Below are positions 10,084 to 18,992 of a DNA stretch of 55,917 nt, piece by piece. The notes under the pieces are model-generated. The model saw nothing but the letters and a program-made list of their open reading frames with translations. It did no database searches and had not been told where the DNA came from. Each line of letters begins with the position of its first letter. Position 1 is the first letter of the stretch. A program made the translations under genes and the position numbers. Origin of the DNA: Mucilaginibacter sp. (GTDB lineage: Bacteria > Bacteroidota > Bacteroidia > Sphingobacteriales > Sphingobacteriaceae); the NCBI GenBank assembly GCA_028287865.1, contig JAQBOU010000235.1, positions 1-55,917 of the forward strand. The letters run 5' to 3'.

Positions 10084-11481
10084 ATGAAAAAAAACATGTA
10101 CAAGCTGCTCCAGGTAGTTCTTTTCCTGGCGTTATTTAGTTTTTCCCAGTGTAAAAAGGCTGTCCAAACAGAAACCGCACCTGTTACCACGGTTGCAATT
10201 AAAAACAAAACCCTTATCACTGATGCCGCGCCGGGAGCAGGCGGTGGGGTGATGATGCAGGCTTTTTACTGGAATACAACGGCAGGTTCCTGGTGGGGCA
10301 CCATAAACAGTAAAATAGCGTCGTGGGATGCGGCAGGCATTTCTGCCATTTGGTTACCGCCAGCAACCAAGGGACAAAGCGGCGGCTCCAGCATGGGCTA
10401 TGATCCTTACGATTATTTTGATTTTGGTACTTATAATCAAATGGGTTCTGTAACTACCCGTTTTGGTAATTTAACTGATCTTAATACACTGATCACCAAT
10501 GCACACAGCCACAACATACAGGTATATGCTGATATGGTATTAAACCATTGCAGCGGCGGTACTTTAGAGGCAAACCCTTATACCGGCACCAATACTTATA
10601 CTAAATTCACCCCGCTTTCTGGTAAATTTAACAGGAGTGCCAGTGATTTTCACCCAAATAACATACATGCCTCAGATGAGGGCTCATTCGGTGGATTCCC
10701 GGATCTTTGCCATGCACAGGCAAATGTTTCTAACTGGATATATAATGCCTCATATAGTATGTCACGTTATTATAAAAACACCATGCATTATGATGGATGG
10801 CGGTTTGATTATGTAAAGGGGTTTGGCGCATGGGTTGTTCAAAATTATGTGAACAGCGCAGGTGGCTTCGCCGTAGCCGAAAACTGGGATGGCAACGCAG
10901 CAAACTTACAGAATTGGGTTAACGCCGCAGGAGGCACTTCCTCTGCATTTGATTTTGCCTGCTTTTACGCCATGCACTCTGCATTTGACAGCAATGACCT
11001 TACCCATTTAAATGATGATATGCTATTGAAAAGGAATGCTTCCAAAGCAGTAACTTTCGTTTCAAATCATGATACAGATATCATTGGTAATAAACTATCG
11101 GCCTATGCTTATATTATGACTCACGAAGGTTATCCATGTGTATTTTACAGCGATTATGAAACATGGCTTGATAAAAACAAGATGAATAACCTGATATGGA
11201 TACACAGAACATTAGCAGGCGGTACAACTACCAACTTATGGTCTGCCAGCGATCAGTACATCGACAGAAGAAACGGATATGGCGCTGCACCCGGTGTAAT
11301 TGTTTATTTTAACGGAACGGCTAACTGGCAACAGCAATGGGTTACCTCTAATTGGGCAAACAAACAAATTAAAGAATATACCGGTGCATCTGGCTGGATA
11401 CAAACTGTGGCCGCAGATGGCCGGGTACTGATCCAGGCGCCGCCTTACTCCTATTCAATCTGGTCAATTACCGGTTATTGA
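10084..11481 (+). CDS. Alpha-amylase GH13 (Thermococcales/GH13_7-like), probable lipoprotein
   Basis: MMQAFYW, SMGYDPYDYFD, DMVLNH, catalytic WRFDYVKG / AENWD / FVSNHD; signal peptide ending FSQ-CKK. Confidence 0.9.
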   Translation: MKKNMYKLLQVVLFLALFSFSQCKKAVQTETAPVTTVAIKNKTLITDAAPGAGGGVMMQAFYWNTTAGSWWGTINSKIASWDAAGISAIWLPPATKGQSGGSSMGYDPYDYFDFGTYNQMGSVTTRFGNLTDLNTLITNAHSHNIQVYADMVLNHCSGGTLEANPYTGTNTYTKFTPLSGKFNRSASDFHPNNIHASDEGSFGGFPDLCHAQANVSNWIYNASYSMSRYYKNTMHYDGWRFDYVKGFGAWVVQNYVNSAGGFAVAENWDGNAANLQNWVNAAGGTSSAFDFACFYAMHSAFDSNDLTHLNDDMLLKRNASKAVTFVSNHDTDIIGNKLSAYAYIMTHEGYPCVFYSDYETWLDKNKMNNLIWIHRTLAGGTTTNLWSASDQYIDRRNGYGAAPGVIVYFNGTANWQQQWVTSNWANKQIKEYTGASGWIQTVAADGRVLIQAPPYSYSIWSITGY

Positions 11482-11491
11482 TATTATCTCC

Positions 11492-11534
11492 TTGCATGAA
11501 GAAATATGCCAGCTGGGTATATTTCTTCATGCAA
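11492..11534 (+). terminator. Stem-loop after amylase
   Basis: 16-bp perfect arms TTGCATGAAGAAATAT / ATATTTCTTCATGCAA followed by TTTTAT. Confidence 0.75.
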
Positions 11535-11566
11535 TTTTATAAATAATTAAATCCACCTAAAATAAA

Positions 11567-12565
11567 ATGAAGTCCATCTTCTTTGTGATCATTATTGCCA
11601 CTATCCTATTTTACGGCTGCAACACATCTAATAAGAAATCCAAAAGCAACAAAAATGAATTAGTATATGTATCAGAACCGCTTACCTCCGGAGCGCTGTC
11701 AGCCGATTTTAGCCTTTCGGGAGATGTGGTTAAACAGGAATTAACCTCCGAAATTAAGTTAACGAATTCTGCAGATGGAAGTATTGAGGTACAGGAAATT
11801 GTTATCGCTACTGATGACGGAATACGATCATTACCTACCCAGGGATTTATGCCATTTGCCTTAGGGAAAGGGAAAGACACCAGCCTGACTTTAAAATTTA
11901 ACCCTACCAACGATCTCAAACTATATCAAATGACCGGTTTGCCGGGTAATATCAGGCCTGCTTATGCTATTTCAGTTTCTTATAAGGTAGCAGGAAACGA
12001 CAATGTGTTATCCCTTGCGCTTAAATCACGATCGAAAAAAAACGAATTTATTGCTTTTAATAAGAAAAATAAAATACCAGTCACCGGCTATTCATTCAAT
12101 ACCAAAGCAGGTTTTAATGAAATACAAAAAAAATATCTTGAAACTTTAAAACAGGTAGCACAGCCTCCTTTTGTTTATCTAAGCGAGCAGGAAATAGCCA
12201 TTTCAGGCTTAAATTTTCGGTTAAAAACTTACTATCAAAAAGACACGCTCCATGCCGAATTATTTATTGTAAACCATGCGGACTTCCCGGTTAAAATAAT
12301 CCCGGATTCGTTAGATCTTACAACCGATGAAAAAAGTTCACTGCACCACACCAAAACAATTACGATAGAGAAAATATCGGGCTCGCAGCAGGACCTGGCT
12401 ATGATGGAAAAGGGCGACAGGGTATTGATCCATTTTAAAAAACGAATGGAACTAAAAGCACCCGAAAAAACAAACCTCACTTTTAATGTTCGCAAAGCTT
12501 TTATGCTCACCGGTAAAAAAGTTTTATTTGATCAGAATGTTCAACTCTTACCAAAGCAATTTTAA
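11567..12565 (+). CDS. Hypothetical lipoprotein with an internal duplication
   Basis: Lipobox FYGC followed by a Lys-rich stretch; 332-aa ORF; two similar beta-rich halves. Confidence 0.75.
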   Translation: MKSIFFVIIIATILFYGCNTSNKKSKSNKNELVYVSEPLTSGALSADFSLSGDVVKQELTSEIKLTNSADGSIEVQEIVIATDDGIRSLPTQGFMPFALGKGKDTSLTLKFNPTNDLKLYQMTGLPGNIRPAYAISVSYKVAGNDNVLSLALKSRSKKNEFIAFNKKNKIPVTGYSFNTKAGFNEIQKKYLETLKQVAQPPFVYLSEQEIAISGLNFRLKTYYQKDTLHAELFIVNHADFPVKIIPDSLDLTTDEKSSLHHTKTITIEKISGSQQDLAMMEKGDRVLIHFKKRMELKAPEKTNLTFNVRKAFMLTGKKVLFDQNVQLLPKQF

Positions 12566-12605
12566 CCCAGATATAAGTAATCAGAGTCGGCAGCATACTT
12601 TTTTC

Positions 12606-12989
12606 TCATCTCTCTTGCAGCACAGATAATATGTTACCGGCTGGATCTTTAAACCAGGCAATGTCCGGGCCATGACCATTGCCCCGCATTATGCCTTTTT
12701 CATCGGTTTTGATCTCTCCTCCGTACTGTTCAAACGTGATTCCCCGGCCGATGAGTTCATCAACTGTTTTTTCAACGTCTTTTACCGGGAAATTGAGGAT
12801 GGTAAATGTAGCCGGTTGGTGGTTTGGTTTGGGATATACTATTATCCGGTTTCCACCGGATATAAGCAGATCCATGATGCCCATACTATCTTCATGAACT
12901 TCTATACCAAGTAACTCATGGTAAAACTCCTTTGCTTTTTGAAGGTCGTTTACTGAGAAACTGCCTACCGCTTTTGTGTCTTTAAACAT
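12606..12989 (-). CDS. VOC/glyoxalase family protein
   Basis: [35 protein letters not shown]. Confidence 0.9.
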   Translation of the reverse strand: MFKDTKAVGSFSVNDLQKAKEFYHELLGIEVHEDSMGIMDLLISGGNRIIVYPKPNHQPATFTILNFPVKDVEKTVDELIGRGITFEQYGGEIKTDEKGIMRGNGHGPDIAWFKDPAGNILSVLQER

Positions 12990-13012
12990 GATGCTTTAAT
13001 TTAATTGGTTAT

Positions 13013-13081
13013 CAAAATTAGCATTGTCAAATCAAAACAACAGGTGGTAATAATGACAAGCTGAAGCATAAAATGAGACAA
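13013..13081 (-). promoter_or_regulatory. Promoter -7 box plus tandem TTGTC regulator sites for VOC gene
   Basis: Minus strand TTGTC(13081-77)-N17-TTGTC(13059-55)-N34-TAATTTTG(13020-13); same geometry at 41947-42015. Confidence 0.6.
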
Positions 13082-13110
13082 GTTTTAATGTCAATACTTC
13101 ATAACAACAC

Positions 13111-15324
13111 TCAAATTAAGCTTACTGTTTTACCTACGGTTTTTTTGTTCCTGATAGTTTCTGCATCCGGCTGGCTGCCGCCAACACTGATCATTATTTT
13201 TCCTTTCAACTCCTTCATGCTTCCATCGGCTTGTGTGAGTGACAAATCTCCCTGGGATAATTCAAAATGGATAACTTTGCTTTGCCCTGCTTTTATAAAT
13301 GTCCTTTCAAATCCTTTTAAGGCCTTTATCGGCGTTCTTATTTTTAATCCTAAATGGGAGATATATAGTTCTGTAACTTCTTCACCATCCATTTTACCGG
13401 TGTTGGTAACCCGTACGCTAATTGTGGCAATTTTACCCGGTAAAATAGTTGATGGTACATTCAGCTCGTCATATTTAAAATTCGAATAGCTTAAACCATA
13501 CCCAAAGCCATATAATGGCTGTTCCTTAAAATAACGATAAGTACGGTTATTCATGGAGTAATCGGTAAATGCAGGCAGGTCTGTATCGCTTTTGTAAAAA
13601 GTAACGGGAAGTCGTCCGGCAGGATTATAATCGCCAAAAATAACATCAGCAATTGCGGTACCGGCATCCTGGCCGCCGTACCATGCATTTAAAATACATG
13701 GGATGTGTGCAGCTTCCCAGGGAATAGCTATTGCAGATCCGGTCATCATCACAAAAACTACCGGCTTACCGGTGGCCTGCAAAGCTTTCAGCAATTGGGT
13801 TTGCACTTCGGGCAGGGCAATTGACGTACGGTCGCCGCCGCTGAACCCTGCTTTACTTACTTTCATTTCTTCCCCTTCCAATTGAGGAGAAATGCCGCCT
13901 ACATATATTATGGCATCAGCATCCTTTACACTATCAGCAAGCATTGTAAAATCAGGCTTTTTTGACGGATCACCAACAAAATCGGTACCTTTCATATAAA
14001 CCACTTGGGTTTCGGGGCCAAGCTTCGCCTTGATGCCTTGCAGGGCGGTTACCAATTGAGAGGGCTGGCCATTGTAATTACCCAAAATACTTAGGGAGTT
14101 ATCGGCATTTGGCCCTATTACAGCAATTTTTTTTAAATTTTTTCTTAAAGGCAGTAAATGATCCTGGTTTTTTAAAAGAACAATGGATTGCCTTGCCATC
14201 TTTAATGCCTGGGCTTTATGTTGAGGGCTTTCCAATACGTTTGTGCTTATCTGTGCATATTTAACCATCTCCGGCGGATCAAACATTCCTAGCCTGAAAC
14301 GGATAGTAAACAGTCTTTTGAGCGATACGTCCAATTGCTGTTCTGTTAGTTTTCCATCTTTTACAGCCTGTACCAAAGTTTTATAGGTGACATTTCCGCA
14401 TTCAACATCAGTGCCATGCAATACCGCGTCGGCTGCAGCGCTTTCTGCATCTTTACTTGTTTTGTGCCGCTCGTAAAAATCATCAATTGCACCGCAATCG
14501 GACGTTACATACCCGGTAAAGCCCCAATTGTTCCGCAAAATATTATTCATCAATAAATCGTTCCCGCAACATGGCTGGCCTTTAAAAGCATTATAAGCGC
14601 ACATAACACCTGCAACTTTTGCATTTACCACCAGGTTATGAAAAGCAGGAAGATAAGTATCCCATAAGTCATAATCGCTTATTTCAGCATCAAATTCATG
14701 TCTTGATGATTCAGGGCCGCTGTGAACCGCATAGTGTTTTGCACAAGCCGCGGCTTTAAGATATTTAGGATCGTTACCCTGCAAGCCCGTTACAAACGCA
14801 TTACCCAACGCGCCCGTTAAATACGGATCTTCTCCGTAGGTCTCCTGTCCCCTGCCCCATCGGGGATCGCGGAATATATTGATATTGGGTGTCCAGTAAG
14901 TAAGGCCCAGGTAAATTTTCCTGTTCCCACTTTTTAGGCTCTCGTTATTTATTGCACGCCCTTCTTCGGCGGTGTAGTCAGCCATAACATGCAAAGAGTT
15001 TTTATCAAAAGTTGCCGCCATCCCTATAGCCTGCGGATATACAGTAACTTTAAAAGGTGTGCGCGCTACGCCATGCAGGCATTCGTTCCACCAGTTATAG
15101 GCCGGGATACCCAGGCGCTCAACAGCAGGCGCAGTATTCAGCATCTGTGATACTTTTTCCTCCAATGTTAATTTCGAAACCAGGTCATCAACCCGTTTAT
15201 CAATTGACAATGCAGGATTTTGAAAATCGTACTGATAAGATCTGTGCTTCACAAAAGCTACAGACGAAAAAAGACATGCTGCTATTAACAGTATAACAAA
15301 CCTGTTGGCGACTAAATGTTTCAT
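13111..15324 (-). CDS. GH3 beta-xylosidase/beta-glucosidase with Fn3-like C-terminal domain
   Basis: WWNECLHG, WTPNINIFRDPRWGRGQETYGED, KHYAVH, nucleophile TSDCG, EGEE acid/base. Confidence 0.93.
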   Translation of the reverse strand: MKHLVANRFVILLIAACLFSSVAFVKHRSYQYDFQNPALSIDKRVDDLVSKLTLEEKVSQMLNTAPAVERLGIPAYNWWNECLHGVARTPFKVTVYPQAIGMAATFDKNSLHVMADYTAEEGRAINNESLKSGNRKIYLGLTYWTPNINIFRDPRWGRGQETYGEDPYLTGALGNAFVTGLQGNDPKYLKAAACAKHYAVHSGPESSRHEFDAEISDYDLWDTYLPAFHNLVVNAKVAGVMCAYNAFKGQPCCGNDLLMNNILRNNWGFTGYVTSDCGAIDDFYERHKTSKDAESAAADAVLHGTDVECGNVTYKTLVQAVKDGKLTEQQLDVSLKRLFTIRFRLGMFDPPEMVKYAQISTNVLESPQHKAQALKMARQSIVLLKNQDHLLPLRKNLKKIAVIGPNADNSLSILGNYNGQPSQLVTALQGIKAKLGPETQVVYMKGTDFVGDPSKKPDFTMLADSVKDADAIIYVGGISPQLEGEEMKVSKAGFSGGDRTSIALPEVQTQLLKALQATGKPVVFVMMTGSAIAIPWEAAHIPCILNAWYGGQDAGTAIADVIFGDYNPAGRLPVTFYKSDTDLPAFTDYSMNNRTYRYFKEQPLYGFGYGLSYSNFKYDELNVPSTILPGKIATISVRVTNTGKMDGEEVTELYISHLGLKIRTPIKALKGFERTFIKAGQSKVIHFELSQGDLSLTQADGSMKELKGKIMISVGGSQPDAETIRNKKTVGKTVSLI

Positions 15325-15517
15325 TTAATTATAGATAAAAAGGTAATTGGATTTTCAGCAGACTAAAGTACAAAACACTTCAATTACTGCAATCGATTGC
15401 GGAATAATTTTTTAACAATTTTATTTTTCTATAATACCCTGTTACACAATGATTTTAAAGATCAGTTGATGAATTTAGATATTCATGCGGATTTTTATTA
15501 TACCTTTATCGTCTTAC

Positions 15518-15859
15518 ATGGAAGAAAGAAAATACTTAACTACCTGGAAAAGGTATATCCCCGTTATCCGTTTGCACTTAAAAAGGAGCCTTAACGAAGA
15601 ACAGCAGTTTAAATTAAACATAACAGATTTTGAATCGGCAGGAGACCGTGGGAAATCAGGTTATACATTTAATATAGCTCTGGAAAACGGCAAGGTTAAC
15701 AATAACATCAGCGGATCAGCAGTTGCACGCGACCTTTATGAAGCGATGAAAAATGACGAAGCTATAAAGGCCATGCTTCAAAACAAAAGCATAAAAATAT
15801 CGGTTGGAAAATCGTTTATGCTGAGTATAAAAACTACTCATTTATCAGTTTATAAATAG
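15518..15859 (+). CDS. Hypothetical protein (113 aa)
   Basis: ATG 15518 lies just downstream of a TACCTTTA -7-like box; protein-like composition. Confidence 0.7.
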   Translation: MEERKYLTTWKRYIPVIRLHLKRSLNEEQQFKLNITDFESAGDRGKSGYTFNIALENGKVNNNISGSAVARDLYEAMKNDEAIKAMLQNKSIKISVGKSFMLSIKTTHLSVYK

Positions 15860-16032
15860 GCAATTCCTGTTTACCAAAACACCGTTTAATACTGACCGCA
15901 GTTTAAAAAAACAGTTAACAACACCTAATACTTCAGGTGCAGCGGTAGTATGTCTTTAATTTATTAATGCCTCAGTTTTAAATAAATTAAACTTTTCCCT
16001 GTGCTGGTGGTTTGTTCATTAAACAAAATCAC

Positions 16033-16584
16033 ATGGAAACAAACCGGCTTTCAGATGCGCTTGCAAAAGTATTAAATGATCAAATGACTGTAGAGGCGCA
16101 CAATGCTCAGATTTACCTGGCATATGCGGCATGGGCCAGCGATAAAGGATACGACGGCATTTCAAATTTCCTTTTCAGGCATTCGGCTGAAGAGCGGAAC
16201 CACATGATGAAGATCCTCGAATATATTTTAAAAAGAGGCGCCAAAGTAGTTGTTACTGCAATACCTGATCCGGGTCCGGAGCCTGCAAGTGTCAATGAAT
16301 GCTTCGAAAAAATATTCAATTCTGAGGTGGAGAATACCAAGTCTATTTACAATATTGTAAATATGAGCATGGCAGAAAAAGACTGGGCAACCTGGAATTT
16401 TATGCAATGGTTTGTGAAAGAGCAAACGGAAGAAGAAACCATGGCACTCGACCTGCTTTCGAAAATTAAAATTGCCGGCGGTGCGTCAGCTGATACTGAT
16501 GCATTGTACGCGCTTAATAACGATCTGGCAAAAACGCCGGATGACGCCACGCTTGCCCAGGATACAAGTGTAACCAATCCGTAA
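16033..16584 (+). CDS. ftnA: Non-heme ferritin
   Basis: LNDQMTVE, IYLAYAAW, EERNHMMK, FMQWFVKEQTEEE ferroxidase ligands. Confidence 0.88.
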   Translation: METNRLSDALAKVLNDQMTVEAHNAQIYLAYAAWASDKGYDGISNFLFRHSAEERNHMMKILEYILKRGAKVVVTAIPDPGPEPASVNECFEKIFNSEVENTKSIYNIVNMSMAEKDWATWNFMQWFVKEQTEEETMALDLLSKIKIAGGASADTDALYALNNDLAKTPDDATLAQDTSVTNP

Positions 16585-16593
16585 GCATTTGAC

Positions 16594-16821
16594 TCAATTA
16601 AAACACTGACTAAATGCTACCAAAACTTTTAGAAACACCTCGCGGTCAACACCAAAAACTGCGGGGTGTTCTGGCTTTAAAGGCAAGCCATTTTTATACC
16701 GGATCGGGAATAAAGCGACGAAATCGCGGATGGAAATCTCGTACCTCAACCACGGATCTGCACGGTGTATTTCTTCCAGCCGCATTTCAAAAAGGGGAAT
16801 GCTCAAAGGGTCATTCTTCAT
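16594..16821 (-). CDS. Small hypothetical protein (75 aa), possibly leaderless
   Basis: Fills the gap between ferritin and the GH-A gene; perfect TACTTTTG box 6 nt upstream of ATG 16821. Confidence 0.6.
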   Translation of the reverse strand: MKNDPLSIPLFEMRLEEIHRADPWLRYEISIRDFVALFPIRYKNGLPLKPEHPAVFGVDREVFLKVLVAFSQCFN

Positions 16822-16846
16822 CACCGGCAAAAGTAAACAAAAGATA

Positions 16847-18811
16847 TTATTGGCTTATCAGCGTAATATAACTTGTGGCCGGAAGCTTAAATTTTAATAC
16901 GCCATCTTTTACTTTTACAACATGTTGTTTCATGTTTACTTCCTTACTGGTTGTATAAATTGCAAACTGCTTTACCCCGGCAGGTAAACCTGTTAAAGTT
17001 GTTGTCCGTTTGGTGCCGTTATTTACCAGGTGAATTGCATAGATACCTTTGCTGTTATCACCCATCGCCGCGCATGATACATTGGCCCTGTCGCTGGTTA
17101 TTGGCATAGCAAACATCCCTTTCGGAGTTATGGATAATTGCTTCAGGTTCCAAAACCGTTGTCCGGGATGCAACGGCTCATTATTTCCAAAGATACCTCC
17201 GCCAATAAGCGGCGAATAATCAGATGTTAACTGCCATTGCAGGATAGATAGAGGCTGGCAGATGGCTAATAGCCGGGTATACAAATTCATCTCCTGGAGC
17301 GCATAGGTTTGTTCCTGGAAAATATCTGGATAACTATAGGCGGCAGCATCTATGCTTCCCTCGCCAACAAGCAAAGGCAAATTAAGTTGAGCAGCTGCAT
17401 CAGCCCAGTGCTGGAGGGTCTCCTTATCAAAGCCCCGCCACGAATGGAAAGATATAGCACCTATAAATGGTTTTGCCTCAGGATCATTCATCACAGGATA
17501 GATAAACTTATAGGTAGTTGCATCAGAATTATCACCAAGCAGCATTTTGGTTTTAAGGCCGTGGGCAGCGAAATAAGCACCGCATCCTTTTATAAAATCG
17601 TCATGATCCTGGGGAGTTAGGCGAATATTAATACCCAGATCAGATTCATTGAATGAAAACAGCTTTATCTCGGTACCGTATTTGTTCTTTAAGTAGATAA
17701 TATAATCAGCTATTGATTTATAAATGGCATCCATATTGTCTTTATTGAGCGGATTTCCCCAAACACCATTAACCGGGCGAAAATTAACCTTACCTGTCAC
17801 TGCCCAATCAGGCGGAAACCATGCTGAGAGGATTATAGGAATACCCATACTATCCAGGCGGTGGGCCATTTGCATTGCTTTGGTGACAGCGGGATTGAGT
17901 TTACCGGAATCGGCAACGGCAGTGGGATCAACATCCTTATTTGGCTGCCATGACCGCCACGGTAGCTCTACCCTGCTATAAGCTACCCGGAGGTTTTGCA
18001 GGCAATAATCAATAACCTGCGGATCATTCTTAGGATTTTGAAGACGAAAATTACCGCCAAGCCCGTCAAATTCACGCCCTTGTTGTTGGGTATTAATGGC
18101 AAGGTTAACCGGTGACCTATCAATATCTCCGGAGGCTTTAATTGTGTATGATTTTTCGATTACATCTCCCCTGTTCACATTATCTGCCTTAACAGCCACC
18201 ATAAGCAGCAAGTCCGTCTTTCCCCGGGCGGTGTCCTTTCTAATCATTATGGGTGCAGCTTCATCAAAAGTTATTTTGAGTTGACGGGTGGCGGCCAAAA
18301 ATTCAATCCCCTTGCCTGTATCGTCATAATTCACCCCGGCCGGGTTTAACTGGTTTAATGAACTGTTTTTCGCGTCAATAAAACGCAGCTGACCATTTAA
18401 ATAATCGGCTTCATGAAAAGTGATACAAAAGAAAACACCCTTAAAAGAGGCATCTGTATGGGCCGTTACCTTTAAATCTACCGTAATTTTTCCGCCGCTT
18501 ATATCCTTAACAGTTTCATCAAAAAACAGGCTATCAATACTGGTTGTCACTTCCCGCTCATCGCCGTTCCGTTTAAAGTGGGGGCGTTGTCGTTCTTTTC
18601 CGGTTGATGTAAATTGTCCATTGCTGTGTAATACCTTAATACCCGATTCAAATTCAAAAAGCTGGCCATGCTTACGGATACCGGTAATATTTCCCCAGGG
18701 CTCCACTTCGGCCTGGCTGTAGGCGTCTTTTGTTAACGATAAACATGTCAATATGATCACCAATGTGGCTGGCAATTTGCAAAATTTAAGAAGGCTGCTA
18801 ATGTTTTTCAA
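16847..18811 (-). CDS. Secreted clan GH-A-like glycoside hydrolase (GH30/GH5-like), uncharacterised
   Basis: Signal peptide; FDGLGGN, ILSAWFPPDW, SFNESD (acid/base position), ISFHSW, LVGEG (nucleophile position), C-terminal beta-sandwich ending LPATSYITL. Confidence 0.6.
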   Translation of the reverse strand: MKNISSLLKFCKLPATLVIILTCLSLTKDAYSQAEVEPWGNITGIRKHGQLFEFESGIKVLHSNGQFTSTGKERQRPHFKRNGDEREVTTSIDSLFFDETVKDISGGKITVDLKVTAHTDASFKGVFFCITFHEADYLNGQLRFIDAKNSSLNQLNPAGVNYDDTGKGIEFLAATRQLKITFDEAAPIMIRKDTARGKTDLLLMVAVKADNVNRGDVIEKSYTIKASGDIDRSPVNLAINTQQQGREFDGLGGNFRLQNPKNDPQVIDYCLQNLRVAYSRVELPWRSWQPNKDVDPTAVADSGKLNPAVTKAMQMAHRLDSMGIPIILSAWFPPDWAVTGKVNFRPVNGVWGNPLNKDNMDAIYKSIADYIIYLKNKYGTEIKLFSFNESDLGINIRLTPQDHDDFIKGCGAYFAAHGLKTKMLLGDNSDATTYKFIYPVMNDPEAKPFIGAISFHSWRGFDKETLQHWADAAAQLNLPLLVGEGSIDAAAYSYPDIFQEQTYALQEMNLYTRLLAICQPLSILQWQLTSDYSPLIGGGIFGNNEPLHPGQRFWNLKQLSITPKGMFAMPITSDRANVSCAAMGDNSKGIYAIHLVNNGTKRTTTLTGLPAGVKQFAIYTTSKEVNMKQHVVKVKDGVLKFKLPATSYITLISQ

Positions 18812-18941
18812 AATAGCTGGTTTAAATAGTAAAGTAACTGGTTTTTATCCGGGTAACAAAAATATCATGATCTGCATTCACCGGGTAATGAAAAAAATGT
18901 AATTATTAAACAAAATTTTGCATTACAACCGCTAAAACGAA

Positions 18942-18970
18942 GAAGCCGCTCTACAAAATAAAGCGGCTTC
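18942..18970 (-). terminator. Terminator-like hairpin after metalloprotease
   Basis: GAAGCCGCT / AGCGGCTTC inverted repeat. Confidence 0.55.
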
Positions 18971-18992
18971 ATTATTTAATAAGGGCGCTAAA

